Assembly (NCBI GenBank): GCA_951406725.2 | Contig: OX597825.1 | Span: 75,392,001-75,456,000, forward strand | DNA: 64,000 nt | Direction of reading: 5' to 3' | Origin: Octopus vulgaris | Taxonomy: Eukaryota | Shown here: positions 1 to 12,984 of the stretch, one piece after another | Numbering within the stretch: the stretch's first letter is position 1 | Layout: the number at the start of each line of letters is the position of its first letter | Notes under the pieces: generated by a model | Told to the model about the DNA's origin: nothing | The model's database searches: none | The model's input: the letters and a program-made list of their open reading frames with translations, nothing else | Program-made: the position numbers and the translations under genes

Positions 1-104
1 CCACACAACCAAACCTGCACATTATATATTCCAAATAATTACCATATTAATTAAGATATAAATTATCATTTTAAAATATGTTCTATCTTTCTAACCCTCT
101 GCAG

Positions 105-553
105 ATTATTTCTTTCCATGCAACGACTAAAACAACAACTGGGCATAAAAACATCACATCTGTAACGCAAGGAGGTATTCCGCCTGGGGAAAGCGATTAT
201 TGGAATCAAGTTGCTCTTCTTATCCCACCATTGCCACCATCCAATCTGATGTACTGTAAGATTATTGACATAAAATATATATTGACGGTAAGTGCTTCAA
301 TTATTTATTGGTTATATATTAATGATTTCTTTGACTCTTTTACTCTTTTACTTGTTTCAGTCATTTGACTGTGGCTATGCTGGAGCACTGCCTTTAGTGG
401 ACAAAGCATATCGACCCCAGGACTTATTCTTTGTAAGCCTAGTACTTATTCTATTGGTCTCATTTGCCGAACCGCTAAGTTACGGGGACGTAAACACACC
501 AGCATCGGTTATCATGCAATATTGGTGGGACAAACACAGACACACAAACATAT

Positions 554-646
<93 letters not shown>

Positions 647-943
647 CATATGTACGATGGGCTTCTTTCAGTTTCCGCCTCCCAAATCCACTCACAAGGC
701 TTTGGTCGGCCCAAGGCTATCGTAGAAGACACTTGCCCAAAGTGCCACGCGGTGGGACTGGACCCAGAACCATGTGGTTTGTAAGCAAGCTACTTAATAC
801 ACAGCCACTCCTATGCCTTTGATGTTGTCATTTTCATCAATTAGTTAAGATCAAAAGCCGTGAGAGCCACTGACTGGTACTGCATCAGGGCATTCATCAT
901 CATCATAATCATCATCATCATCATCATCACCACCACCACCACC

Positions 944-974
<31 letters not shown>

Positions 975-2974
975 TCGTCATCATTATTATTATTATTGCT
1001 CAGCAAGATATCAAATGTCAAAATCTTAGAAAAATGTCATATCTCCAGTATCAAAGGCAAGCTGAGAAATCAGTAAAGATATGTAGGACATGTTCAAATG
1101 AAAGATGACTGGATTCTGAAAATTCTTTTGTGTGGCCAACAAGTAGAGGACATTGCAGTAAAGGAAAACCCAGCCTTAGGTATAAGGAAGCAATCACTAA
1201 GGACTCTACAGCTTAATTTGATAACTTAAGAAAGTCATTGCTTCGACTGGTTTGCATGATGTAAAATGTATCCTGATGCATCGGAACAATTTGGTTTGAA
1301 GAAACAGAACAATAAAAAAACATTATATCCTGCATTCCACAGATACATTTGCCCAATCCCAGCTGAAATCAAAACTATTAGTGTCCTCGTTATGACTTCA
1401 TGGTAAAACCCGTTCATGGACTCAAATTGCACTCACACACTCCCATTGCAAATAAATGTAGCTTCTTTTATTCTTTTCTTTTTTCTTTTTATAGTTGTTT
1501 TTCTTTTTCTCACTTCTTTACTTCTTTCTTTAAATCCTCTCCTTCAAACACTAATATGTTGAAACCAGCAAGGATGATGATGATGATGATGATGATGATG
1601 GTCACGACGACAATGATGACGATCCTCCTTCACCACCAACTCCTTACCCCTTCCTCCTCCCCTTCTTCTTCCTCCTCCTCCTCCACCACCACCACCTCCT
1701 CCTCCTCCACCACCACCTCCTCCTGCTCCTCTTCCTTTCCACTTCCTCCTCTCTTCTTCTTCTTCTTCTTCTTCTTCTTCTTCCTCCTCCTCCTCCTCCT
1801 CCTCTCCTTTCCCCTTCCCCTCCTCTTCTTCCTCCTCCTCCAAGTGGTAGATTAGCAAAACCATAAGAGTGTCAAAAAAAGAAAAATGCCATTACATTCT
1901 TAGTAGCATTGCCATGTCAAAGGCTTCTGTAAATTGTCTACAGTCCCCAATTTGAAAGCCTTCCAGAAGAGGCTGCTCAGAATGTCTTCAATATCCAGAA
2001 TTGTTTCCTGGCCATCTTCCCTTATACCCTTCACTGACCCTCTTTAGAATAGTCCAGTGGGTGTATGGCAACATTCCAGCTACAAAGTGCCCAGCCTGTT
2101 GGATGAAAATGCTGCCAAACATTTTGTCCAGTTTACTAACAATTCTGCAGCTCAGCGCCTTAACCCTTTCATTACCGCATTTATTTTGAGATGCTCTGTG
2201 TTTCTTTCAATTAATTTTAAATTTAACAAAGAATTTAGTAAAATAACTTAGATATCATTAAGCTAGTGTTAGGAACATAAACTGCGACTAAGGTTTGATG
2301 GAAGATTTTAATTCAAAACTTATGAAAACAAGACATTTGTATTCAGAGCCAGAGCCGGTTTCAGCCGGATTGGTATCAAATGGGTTAATTTGATCTCACA
2401 ACATGGAGACTGATGAAATGCCACTAAGCATTTCACCTGACATGCCAACGCTTCTGCCAAGTCACTGCCTTAATAATAATAATAACCCTTTCTACTATAG
2501 GCACAAGGCTTGAAATATTGGGGGAGTGAACTAGTCAATTACATTGACCCCCAGTTGTTTACTGGTACTTAATTTATCTACCCTGAAAGACTGAAAGGCA
2601 AAGTCAACCTTGGTGGAATTTGAAGTTGGAATACATCAATGGGTGAAATACCGCTAAACATTTTGTCCAGCGTGCTAATGATTCTGTCAGCTTACCACCT
2701 TTTTAATTATGATAATCCTTTCTATTATAGGCACAAGGCTCAAAATTTGGGGGAAGGGATTAAGTCGATTACATCAGCCCCCAGTGCATAACTGGTACTT
2801 AATTTATTGATCCCAAAACGGTGAAAGGCAAAGTTGACCCCGGCAGCATTTGAACTCAGAACGTGAAGACAGACGAAATACCACTAAGCATTTTGTCTGG
2901 CGTGCTAATGATTCTGCCAGCTCACTGCCTCCTTTTAAATAATAATAATAATAATAATAATGATAATAATAATG

Positions 2975-3022
<48 letters not shown>

Positions 3023-6000
3023 GAAATAGAATATTCTTTCTCTTAAATTTTTATCTTTTTTTAATTTTTTTTTTATTTATTTTTAAAACCAAAGTTTTCT
3101 GTGTCAGCATCGATGGCCATGTCTTTAAAACTACCAATGGAAATAATTATTGGAACCATTCCATTAGCAACTTACATGCCTCCTGCTCCTTCAGCTGGAC
3201 TGCCTGCTCCGAACCAGTATAATGCTGGTGGATATGCACCCCAGTATAATGCCGGTGGATATGCACCCCAATATAATAGTGATGGATATGCACCCCAGTA
3301 TAATAGCGATGGATATGCACCCCAGTATAATAGTGATGGATATGCAGCCCAGTCTGGGGCTCTTTTACCCACGACGTCTTATCCAGAACCCAGTGCAACA
3401 CCCATGGGCACTGGTGCCAGTGCCAGTAAGTATTTCTTGCCTTTTATAATCTTTTATCTCTTACCCCTTTTCACTCATTCAACTGCAGCCATACAAGGGC
3501 ACAGCTTTGATGCATTTAGTAGAACTCTCTGAACCAAGTACTTACCATATTTTAATGTGTATAAGGAACCCTTTTCTGCCTTTCATTGTTTCAGGGTAGT
3601 GCTGTAGATTTTAATAAATTACTTAATTTCTCAAACCTCAAATCTCCTTGACTTACAACATCGCAAGCCTCAGGCCAACACCCAACAAGTTGTGATGTCC
3701 TATTGGGTGGACCGCTATCCATCCATCAAGCAACAGCATGCACATAAAGGGGCCATCATGAATGACAATCATTTGCCAAACAGTATTTATTTGTGCTCAA
3801 TGAGACTGTTAAACCCATAGTTTTATATTAACATGATAGTTCTATATGGTATTTAAAATTGTGAGTGAACACACAAGTGCAGACATTAACACTTTTTTAA
3901 AAACCCAGGCTGCATATGGAGGTCATACAACCTATCAGAGACAGCAAGCATGCTCAATAGCTATATATGGCAGTGCAGCTCACACTGAAACAAGCATGAG
4001 TGTAGCATAACCAAATATGGAAATTCATCTGAGACACCATCTTAGGTATTGTCTACTGTTATTTAAACTGATCCTGCATCACTCTTTTTATAGATTTTTG
4101 TTTTCTCCCAGCACAAAAAAAAGGCTGAGAATAAAAAGCACATTTCATATCCTGCAAATTTCAAATTGAAAGTGATTCAGTTTGCAGAGGAGGATGGAAA
4201 TAAAGCTGCAGCAAAGACAGTTTGGACCTCCTCCCATGGCTACCATGACTGGACTGTGGAAGAAGCGCAAAGATGAACTTTTACAGATGTCAAGGATGAA
4301 GAGAGCAGCATGAGGCAAAAACGCAAGGTGGCCAAATCTGGAGGAAAAACTCACACACTGGGTCAAAAAGCAAAGGCAAACTGGTGCATTTGTTTCAACA
4401 AAGATCCTCATTGATAAAGGAAGAAGAATTGCTCAGGAGATAAAAAGAGAGCAAAGAGGAAGGACAAGTGACAGAAGAGACAATTGACTCTAAAGGCCTG
4501 TCCATCTGGGGCTTCCGTTTTATGAAGGGGAATGGTTTCTGCACACAAAAATGAAATGCATTACCTAATAAGTGTGGGTGCACTTATCAAAATTTCCCTA
4601 ATCCCTTACAAAACCTTTTTTTTCCAAATTTTTAAGCCCCGAAAATTAGTGAGCTCCTTTGACATGAGGGTTCCTTATACATGTTAAAATATGGTAATTT
4701 TTTAAGCCTGTTACTTACTCTGTTGGTCTATTTTGCTGAACTGCTCAGTTACAGGTGTGTAAACAAACCATGTTACGTGGTGGGTGAGAGGATAAACACA
4801 GATACAAAAGCGCAAATACCTACAACACACACACACACACACATATATATAAGAAGATCTTCCACACAGTTTCTCTCTTTCAAATCCACTTACAAAGCAT
4901 TGGACAGCCTATAGTCATTTTAGAAGAAATTTGCCCAAGGTGCAGCAAAGAAGGACTGAACCTGAAACCTCATGATTTGAAAGCTAACTACTTAATACCA
5001 CAGCCATGCATGCATCAATAGAAAACAAATATAAAGCACTTGACAGATATTCATATCATCTTTGTACAGGGTCACGCTAATCTTCTCTGTATTGTTCCAA
5101 TTTTAGTAAATGCACTGCCAAAGCTTTTATTTTTTTATTTATTAAGTTTCATGTTACACAACCATCTGACCAAATTCTTTCTATAATTCTATTCCTCGGG
5201 TAAAATGTCTCTCTTTTCCATTCACTTATTGTGACTGTGTTTCTGTGATGTGTCATTGTGTCTTTTGGGGGTTTCTATAAGCCATAGCTGCTTAACCCCT
5301 AAGCATTTTGATTACTCTGTCAAATGTAATCCTTATTATTTATTCACATTGTTTTGTATTAATCTTACATTAATCTTGTTGCTTTGAGATTTCAGTGATG
5401 TGATTGTCACTATTTAGAATGACATTGTAGGGTACGTGTAAGAGGCTGGATCTACTAAGTTTGAACAAAAAGCAGATAGAATATTTGGGCCTGATATGGC
5501 TGGGTTGAAGACTAAAAGTTTAAAAGAATAACAAAATGGCAATCATTAGATTGTTGGCTAGAGTGCCTTTCAGTATTTTTTATGATTACTGGTGCTGTGA
5601 GTTCAAATCATTCTGAGGTCAACTTCTGATTTTAGGCTTTCAGGGTCAATAAAAAATGCCAATCTTGGACTGTGAATTGATGGACTTAATTCACTGGGCC
5701 CAAATACCTTGTGGTGTCTGTAACAGTTCTTTGTTTCTTGACAGCAATGATTGTGATGATGCTGATGCCATTTTATATTGGACCACATCCCTGGCCTTTG
5801 ATAAGCATCAATGACATGAAGAGGAGAAATTTGCAGACATGGGTAACTGCCAGTCTCTTTCAAAGGCACCTTGCTCAGACTTGCACATGGACATGCAGGT
5901 GTATGGTCAGCATTGACCAATGAAGGTTCTAATGAAACAGCAGTTGCTTCAAAACCTCTCCCTCTTGATCTCCCTCCCTCACTCTCTCTCATTTTATTGC

Positions 6001-6493
6001 ACCCTCACTCTTTTTTTTCTCCCCTTTCATTTGTTGTTGTTTAGTTCCTGGCCAAACATGTTCTTGCTGATCTATGATAAAAACCATTCCAGCCATGACT
6101 ATCCGTCTTTACCTTTACAATATTTTAAATAGTAGGGTATGAATTGAAGATTTGGCAGCTCTTTCTAGTGGATAGAATGACTACATAGAGGTTCTATTGT
6201 TACCTGACCTCTTTTGACAGTTGATTTTATTCTGTGATATGAAAATGCAGACACACACACACACACACACACATGCACATACCATTCATTAACCTATGAT
6301 CTAATCTCTGTAATCTTTTGCAGTTCCTTCAGCTCCTCCAGCATATGAAGAATGTGTCTTTGGCAAAGTGAACATCTCAGACGAAGGGGACGACAAATAC
6401 ACACATGGGGAACTGAACTTTGCTCCTGCTTATCCTTACTATAATTTCCCCTCGGCACCACCATTGCCAGGACAGCCAATGGACAAAGCATAA
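105..6493 (+). CDS. Arrestin domain-containing protein (alpha-arrestin, ARRDC-like), 3' part; exons 105-287, 3095-3425, 6324-6493; 5' exons lie upstream of the window
   Basis: Exon A (ctgcag|ATT..ACG|gtaagt) encodes ...LLIPPLPPSNLMYCKIIDIKYILT, an arrestin-C motif. Exon B (aaag|TTT..GCCA|gtaagt) encodes FSVSASMAMSLKLPMEIIIGTIPL plus a Tyr/Gly/Pro repeat. Exon C (ttgcag|TT..TAA) encodes PSAPPAYEECVFGKVNISDEGDDKYTHGELNFAPAYPYY, a PPxY-containing tail typical of invertebrate ARRDCs. Phases 0/0/1 are compatible. Confidence 0.9.
336..818 (-). mobile_element. tRNA-derived SINE family A with internal (TA)n/(CA)n microsatellite
   Basis: Reverse-complement head GGAGTGGCTGTGT..GGTTCTGGGTCCAGTCCC and tail GACTGAAACAAGTAAAAGA; similar to copies at 12481, 31440, 34676 and 51209. 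Confidence 0.8.
893..998. repeat. (ATC)n/(ACC)n/(ATT)n compound microsatellite
   Basis: Direct reading. Confidence 0.9.
1573..1840. repeat. Compound trinucleotide microsatellite (GAT/CCT/CCA/CTT)
   Basis: Direct reading; explains the homopolymeric ORFs 1400-1855 and 1544-1864. Confidence 0.9.
2160..2388. mobile_element. TTAA-flanked piggyBac-like MITE, family 1
   Basis: TTAA|CCCTTTC...ATGGG|TTAA termini; near-identical copy at 46796-47023 and degenerate copies near 22120-22580, 39960-40160 and 42805-42989. Confidence 0.65.
2938..3021. repeat. (AAT)n microsatellite
   Basis: Direct reading. Confidence 0.9.
3215..3352 (+). repeat. Coding 27-bp tandem repeat x5 (QYNxxGYAP) in ARRDC exon
   Basis: CAGTATAAT(GCTGGT/AGTGAT)GGATATGCACCC-type units starting at 3215, 3242, 3269, 3296 and 3323. 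Confidence 0.9.
3543..4696 (+). mobile_element. Degenerate pogo/Tigger-like DNA transposon, internally deleted, with TIRs
   Basis: TIRs including TA: TACCATATTTTAATGTGTATAAGGAACCC (3543-3571) and GGGTTCCTTATACATGTTAAAATATGGTA (4668-4696), 27/29 match. Disrupted frames at ~4140-4550 read SYPANFKLKVIQFAEEDGNKAAA..WKKRKDELLQMSRMKR..ARWPNLEEKLTHWVKKQRQTG (Brinker-type plus CENP-B HTH). Confidence 0.8.
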
Positions 6494-7611
6494 ATGGAAC
6501 TGTACCATTACAATTCTTACCAAAGAAGAATATTTCCTGATGAAGACAATTTCTTATTCAATTTGAAATGCTTTGTTACCATTTCACTTGTTAATGTGTC
6601 TCTGTGTTAGTGTGTGTGTGTGTGTGTGTGTGTACATATATGCATGTGTTTGTGCATGCATGTGTGTGTGTGTATTTGTCAATGTCTGATTTCTTATAAA
6701 CATGCAATATTGTCTTTGTTTCTGCATACGTGTGTGTGTCATTGTTCATATATGTATAAATATACGTGTGTATATGAATATGTATATTTGTATGAAAACG
6801 TGTGTGTGTGTGTGTGTGTGTGTGGTAGTAGTGTGTGACTCAATGGTTAGGATATTAGGCTTGCAATCATAAAATTGTGGGGTTGATTCCGAGACCAATT
6901 GGTGCATTGTCTCCTTGAGCAAGGCACTTCATTTTATTTTGCTCCAGTCTACCCACCTAAAAATGAGTTCCAGCCATGGTTAGATATTAAGTCCATGGCA
7001 GACTGACATCCAGTTTTAGGAGAGTCTCGTACTCCCAGCCATTTAAACACCTGAGGAACTGGAATAAGCTCTGGCCTAATGCAATTATAGGCCCAAAATA
7101 AACTTTATGTTGATGTACGCCACTGATTTTCCCACAACTGAAGGTCTGGCACCTCCTTTAATCCTGATAAACTACAAGGGAGAACTTGAAATTCCCATAG
7201 CTGATAATCTGGTTCACTGCATGACCACATGTGGTGTTTTGTGTACTGTGTGTTTACCTGCATTATTTACATTGTACTTGTTTGTGGCAATACCAAAGTT
7301 TTGAGAGATCCTCTGTTCATTTAGCTTAAAGTTACCATTTGCTGTGGCTACTACGGGTAAGAGGATTGAGAGCGTCAGGGGTAATGTCAAACAGAAATCC
7401 ATATCAAACCAGGATAACATAGAACAGTTGGTGATACTTTAGATGCAGGTGTATAATTAGTTGATTAGAGGTGTGTTGATGAATTATTATATGACCATGG
7501 CTGGTCAGACAAAATGGTTAATCCATCTAGGATTTTGAACCGAGGATACCATCAAGTCAGGTGTACCTATTTATATATAATATCTCTATCTATATCTATA
7601 TAGATATATAA

Positions 7612-7779
<168 letters not shown>

Positions 7780-8017
7780 CTAATATAGGATAAAATTTTT
7801 CAGAAAAGCTTTTATCAATGGCCAGCATATTAAAAAATACCTCTAAAGGTTAAATTTTAAACAACTTATAAACAAGGGTAAAAGAAAAAAAGGCACCTAT
7901 GAATTAACTCAGAAATCGGGTCTGATATGATAATAACGGAATTTTTTTAGAAATTTCTGTCGGTTTTCTTTGAGACACGTGCTTATAGTGATGAATTATA
8001 TGGTTATGGACGATGTG

Positions 8018-8245
8018 TGACCTGGCAGAAACGTTAGCGCGCCGGATGAAATGCTTCGCGGTATTTCGTCTGCCGCTACGTTCTGAGTTCAAATTCCGCC
8101 GAGGTCGACTTTGCCTTTCATCCTTTCGGGGTCGATAAATTAAGTACCAGTTACGCACTGGGGTCGATGTAATCGACTTAATACCTATGTCTGTCCTTGT
8201 TTGTCCCCTCTGTGTTTAGCCCCTTGTGGGTAATAAAGAAATAGG
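8018..8245 (+). mobile_element. tRNA-derived SINE family B (~230 bp) with TSD
   Basis: Box A/B-like CTGGCAGAAACG..GAGTTCAAATTCC, core GCCTTTCATCCTTTCGGGGTCGATAAA, TSD ATGGACGATGTGT on both sides. Confidence 0.85.
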
Positions 8246-8316
8246 TAATGGACGATGTGTCTAGTTTTGGCATATTTGGCATTAGAAATATTTTTCTTTT
8301 GCCCTTGTTTATAAGT

Positions 8317-8360
<44 letters not shown>

Positions 8361-8606
8361 TGTATGTATGTATATGTGTGTGTGTCTGTAAATGCACCAA
8401 GGTAGAGACGGGGATAGCATACCTGGGTACTGACAATGTATACTGACATATATGTATTTACTTAAAGTAAATACAGACTTTTCTTTCCGTTAACTGAGTT
8501 TGTGTAGAATGTGTCATCAAAGTCATACAGGTGTACGACACAGATCAAAATGTATAGAAAGTTCCAAGTTAAGTGAAGAATGAATATTTACACAGATGGG
8601 TTGTGG

Positions 8607-8677
8607 TTCACTACAGCTGTTTCACTGGTGAAGAAAAAGTGTTACATCATGCAAAAAAAATGTTTTCACCAGGTGAA
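8607..8677 (-). ncRNA. Degenerate minimal type I hammerhead-like motif
   Basis: Minus strand: TTCAC-CTGGTGA-...-GAAA-CAGCTG-TA-GTGAA; core A6 is changed to G and stem II is poor. Confidence 0.35.
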
Positions 8678-8787
8678 TACGGGTAAAAATTAGCAATTAG
8701 AACATCTCACAAAACAGAACATAGAACCAGATAACCCAATCAAGCTCTGTGTATGTGTGTATGCATATATATAAATATATATATATA

Positions 8788-8831
<44 letters not shown>

Positions 8832-9750
8832 ACAATAACACCTTACACCTTCTGAAACACCAGTTACTGATGTTACCCCAGCACCCCAGACTAAGCCAAT
8901 GAGATTTTTTTCTTGTCAAAACTGGATCTTCAAGGAAAAAAAAACATTGAGCTAACCAAACCAGTAGCTTCTTAATGGAACCAACTAACCAAAACAAATG
9001 ACATCCAAAATTTACGACTAATCAGAACTTGATCCTTTACTGTGGTCAAAAAGCAATGAAAGCATTTGATAAACAATGATGTCACCAAGAAGTCAACCAA
9101 CCGATATGCTGGACTTTGCCAAAACAAAGATATTTGAACAAAACTTTCACAAGAAAAATAAATGAAGTCATGAAATTTACAACCAACCAAAATTTGATCC
9201 TTTGCTGTAAAAATATATACATATCCAAAGCAGTTTCAACTTAAAACATTTAAAACTCTAACCAGCAACCAGTAAGGCAGAACTTCATGTACTATGGACA
9301 GGAAATGACAAAGAACTTCATGCACTGTGACAGAAGTTGTAAAAAAAGCATTTTTTTCTTTCTCGTCATCTTTTTCTCTTTTTTTTTTTTCTTTTTATAA
9401 AACCTCAATATCACTGAACTTCAAATCATGTATATTTGTTATGATCTTCATCAAACATTTAAAATTATATTACTGTCTATTGCTGTAAAACTCATTGAAA
9501 TTTCTCTGAACATTTGAACATTTGATTGATTAAGCCTGCTTAAAGGCTCCTAAATCCCTTACTTAACTATTTTTTTACCATTGATAAATAAAGAATTGTT
9601 GAAACCGGTTTGGTATTTGAATAAAACTATTGTACAATTTAAAAATGACTACAAGTTTTGAGATTCAGGTGCATTTTCAAACCCCAAAACAAATTCCCCC
9701 ATATTCTTTCCTGTGTGAGGAAACTAAAAGAAGCTTGTTGTATGTATGTG

Positions 9751-9807
<57 letters not shown>

Positions 9808-10861
9808 TTTCCACATGCTCCAGCTTAGTTCAATTCATCCTTAGTTGAAAGACACCTGTTGTTATGTCCTATTATTATAATTATTTTTATTGTATTTATA
9901 TTTGTGCAACATTGTCCATTTTTTTCCGTCCTTGTTTTTGTATATATTCACTGCTTTCTTCCCAGGAATCTGATGCTCTTAGCTTAGTTTTTCTTTGGGG
10001 CTGGCCAGATTGGAGCAATTTCAAGAATAATCAGCCGAAATTGTGAGGATAATCTGGTTCATGACTGAAGATAGAAAACTTTGAATGACCCGTCCTTGTT
10101 TTTTGTATCGTCTATCTGGATGTTTTGTTGTCCCTTTTTGTATCACCTAGTTGTCCGGATGTTTTGCATTATTATCCCATTTTGGATTTTATATATATAT
10201 ATATAGGTGTGTGTGTTTGTGTCTTGACAATTGGTGTTGATTTGTTTACATCTATGTAACTTAGCAGTTCATCAAAAGACACCAAGAAAATAAGTAGCAG
10301 GCTTAGAATGTAAGTGCTGGGATTGATCCATTTGACTAAAATTCTTCAAGGCATTGCCCCACAATGGCCACAGTCTAATGACTGAAAAATGTAAAAGATT
10401 GAAAGAATATATATGTGTATACCTATATATGTTATGTGGTGAAAATCTCTTGTCTCCACAAAGTGATTTATAGTTAAACCAAAAAGGAAAATGCTCTGAA
10501 ATGTTTTATACTAAAACATGTTTATGTAATAAACTAGTTTCAGTTGTATAAGTTATTCATGAGTTAGTAGATTAGTGATGATTATGAAATAATAACATCA
10601 TCACTTATTACCTAATCAGAGATAACTTAGGAAAGTGAATCTGGTTGATTTTACAAACATTTTGTTCCATAAATATTCTTTAAGATTTAAAAAAAAATCA
10701 GTGCATTTTCCCTTTTTATTTTTACTAAAATCATATGTGTGAGAGAGAGAGAGAGAGAAAGAGTGAGGCAGACATTAAATGATGATTATGATAATGAGAT
10801 ATATATGTATGTATGTATGCATGTATGCATGCATGCATGCATATATATATATATATATATA

Positions 10862-12048
10862 TCAAAATCAAAATCAAGACAAGTCAAAATAGATGAACAT
10901 CAATGGAATTTGTATCTTTGTGGTACCAGTGCCGGTGGCACACAAGAAAACCATCCGAACGTGGCCGTAGCCAGTACCGCATCGACTGGCCATCGTGCTG
11001 TGGGCACATAACAAACACCATCCGATCGTGGCCGTTCGCCAGCCTCATCTGGCACCTGTGTTGGTGGCACATAAAAACACCATCTGAAGACCCGGCAAGA
11101 CTAGTCAGGCCATAACCCGTGGCCCCTACATGGGACGTAGTCAGTCCACCTGTGCATACCTTCCTTCTTGTGACACTTGTGAAGACCTGTTGAGGCAAGT
11201 GAAAATCAAATCAAATCAAAACAAATCAAAATAGATGAACATCAATGGAATTTGTATCTTTGTGGTACCAGTGCTAGTGGCACACAAGAAAACCATCCGA
11301 ACGTAGCGGTAGTCAGTACCACATCGACTGGCCTCCGTGCTGTGGGCACGTAACAAACACCATCCGATCGTGGCCATTCGCCAGCCTCATCTGGCACCTG
11401 TGTGGGTGGCACATAAAAACACCATCCGAAGACCCGGCAAGACTAGTCAGGCCATAACCCGTGGCCCCTACCTGGGACGTAGTCAGTCCACCTGTGCATA
11501 CCTTCCTTCTTGTGACACTTGTGAAGACCTGTTGAGGCAAGTGAAAATCAAACCAAATCAAAATAGATGAACATCAATGGAATTTGTATCTTTGTGGTAC
11601 CAGTGCCGGTGACACACAAGAAAACCATCCGAACGTGGCCGTAGCCAGTACCGCATCGACTGGCCTCCGTGCTGTGGGCACGTAACAAACACCATCCGAT
11701 CGTGGCCGTTCGCCAGCCTCATCTGGCACCTGTGTCGGTGGCACATAAAAACACCATCCGAGCGTGGCCGTCTGCCAGCCTCGTCTGGCACCTGTGTCGG
11801 TGGCACATAAAAAACACCATCCGAGCGTGGCCGTTCGCCAGCCTCGTCTGGCACCTGTGTCGGTGGCACATAAAATCACCCACTACATTCTCGGAGTGGT
11901 TGGCGTTAGGAAGGGCATCCAGCTGTAGAAACACTGCCAGATCTGACTGGCCTGGTGCAGCCTTTGGGCTCCCCAGACCCCAGTTGAACCGTCCAACCCA
12001 TGCTAGCATGGAAAGCGGACGTTAAATGATGATGATGATGATGATGAT
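10862..12048 (+). mobile_element. RTE-LINE 3'UTR-derived element with internal tandem array (~340-bp unit x2.5, ~62-bp subrepeats) and (GAT)n tail
   Basis: Unit CAAAATAGATGAACATCAATGG recurs at ~10885, ~11227 and ~11559. The terminal ~170 bp match the 3' end of the RTE fragment at 14211-15146. Confidence 0.75.
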
Positions 12049-12303
12049 ATATATATATATAATGTGTGTGTGTGTATGTATATATTTATGTATGTATTTG
12101 AAATACATTTATGCATGTATTTTAAATACCATTGGATCTTACTCATAAGGTATTGGAATCTTACATATATACCATTCTGCCTAAAAAATGGATCCACAAA
12201 TTCAATATCCCTACATATCTCACATCTATTTTCTTTCCTCCACCTCACTCTCTATTTTGTATCCATCTAAATTAATTATTACTTAACCATCCTCTCACAC
12301 AAA

Positions 12304-12353
12304 TCTCTGATGAAGGGATATCATTAATAAATATCCTGGAAACAGCTGTAAGA
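12304..12353 (+). ncRNA. Minimal type I hammerhead ribozyme motif
   Basis: TCT-CTGATGA-aGGGATAT cattaataa ATATCCTg-GAAA-CAGCTG-TA-AGA; palindromic stem III ACAGCTGT; GUA cleavage triplet. Confidence 0.6.
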
Positions 12354-12432
12354 CTGTCTATCTATAAATGTTCTAATATCTACACACCCTTGGTTTTTTT
12401 TATCGCATTATGCAAAAAATTATTATATATGC

Positions 12433-12480
<48 letters not shown>

Positions 12481-12483
<3 letters not shown>

Positions 12484-12880
12484 CACAGGAGTGGCTGTGT
12501 GGTAAGTAGCTTGCTTACCAACCACATGGTTCCGGGTTCAGTCCCACTGCGTGGCATCTTGGGCAAGTGTCTTCTGCTATAGCCTCGGGCCAACTAAAGC
12601 CTTGTGAGTGGATTTGGTAGATGGAAACTGAAAGAAGCCTGTTGTATATATGTATATATATATGTATGTGTGTGTATGTTTGTGTGTCTGTGTTTGTCCC
12701 CCCCACCATTGCTTGACAACCGATGCTGGTCTGTTTACACCCCTGTCACTTAGCAGTTCGGCAAAAGAGACTGATAGAATAAGTACTGGGCTTACAAAGA
12801 ATAAGTCCTGGGGTCGATTTGCTCGACTAAAGGCGGTGCTCCAGCATGGCCGCAGTCAAATGACTGAAACAAGTAAAAGA
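12481..12880 (+). mobile_element. tRNA-derived SINE family A
   Basis: Full head GGAGTGGCTGTGTGGTAAGTAGCTTGCTTACCAACCACATGGTTCCGGGTTCAGTCCC, internal microsatellite, tail CAGTCAAATGACTGAAACAAGTAAAAGA. Confidence 0.85.

Positions 12881-12984
<104 letters not shown>

Noticed and set aside
292-1864. ORFs with poly-YI, poly-I, poly-E/G/H runs (also 12650-13039, 17239-17673, 34803-35153)
   Set aside because: Translations of microsatellites and SINEs, not genes.
6537-6580. CTGATGA...GAAA in the ARRDC 3'UTR as a hammerhead
   Set aside because: No convincing stem I or stem II pairing.
9930-10190. Possible Penelope-type remnant with CTGAAGA
   Set aside because: GAAA and stem III elements cannot be assigned.
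10885-11880. Repeat array as CRISPR-like
   Set aside because: Eukaryotic context; whole units are duplicated with no unique spacers, and there are no cas genes.
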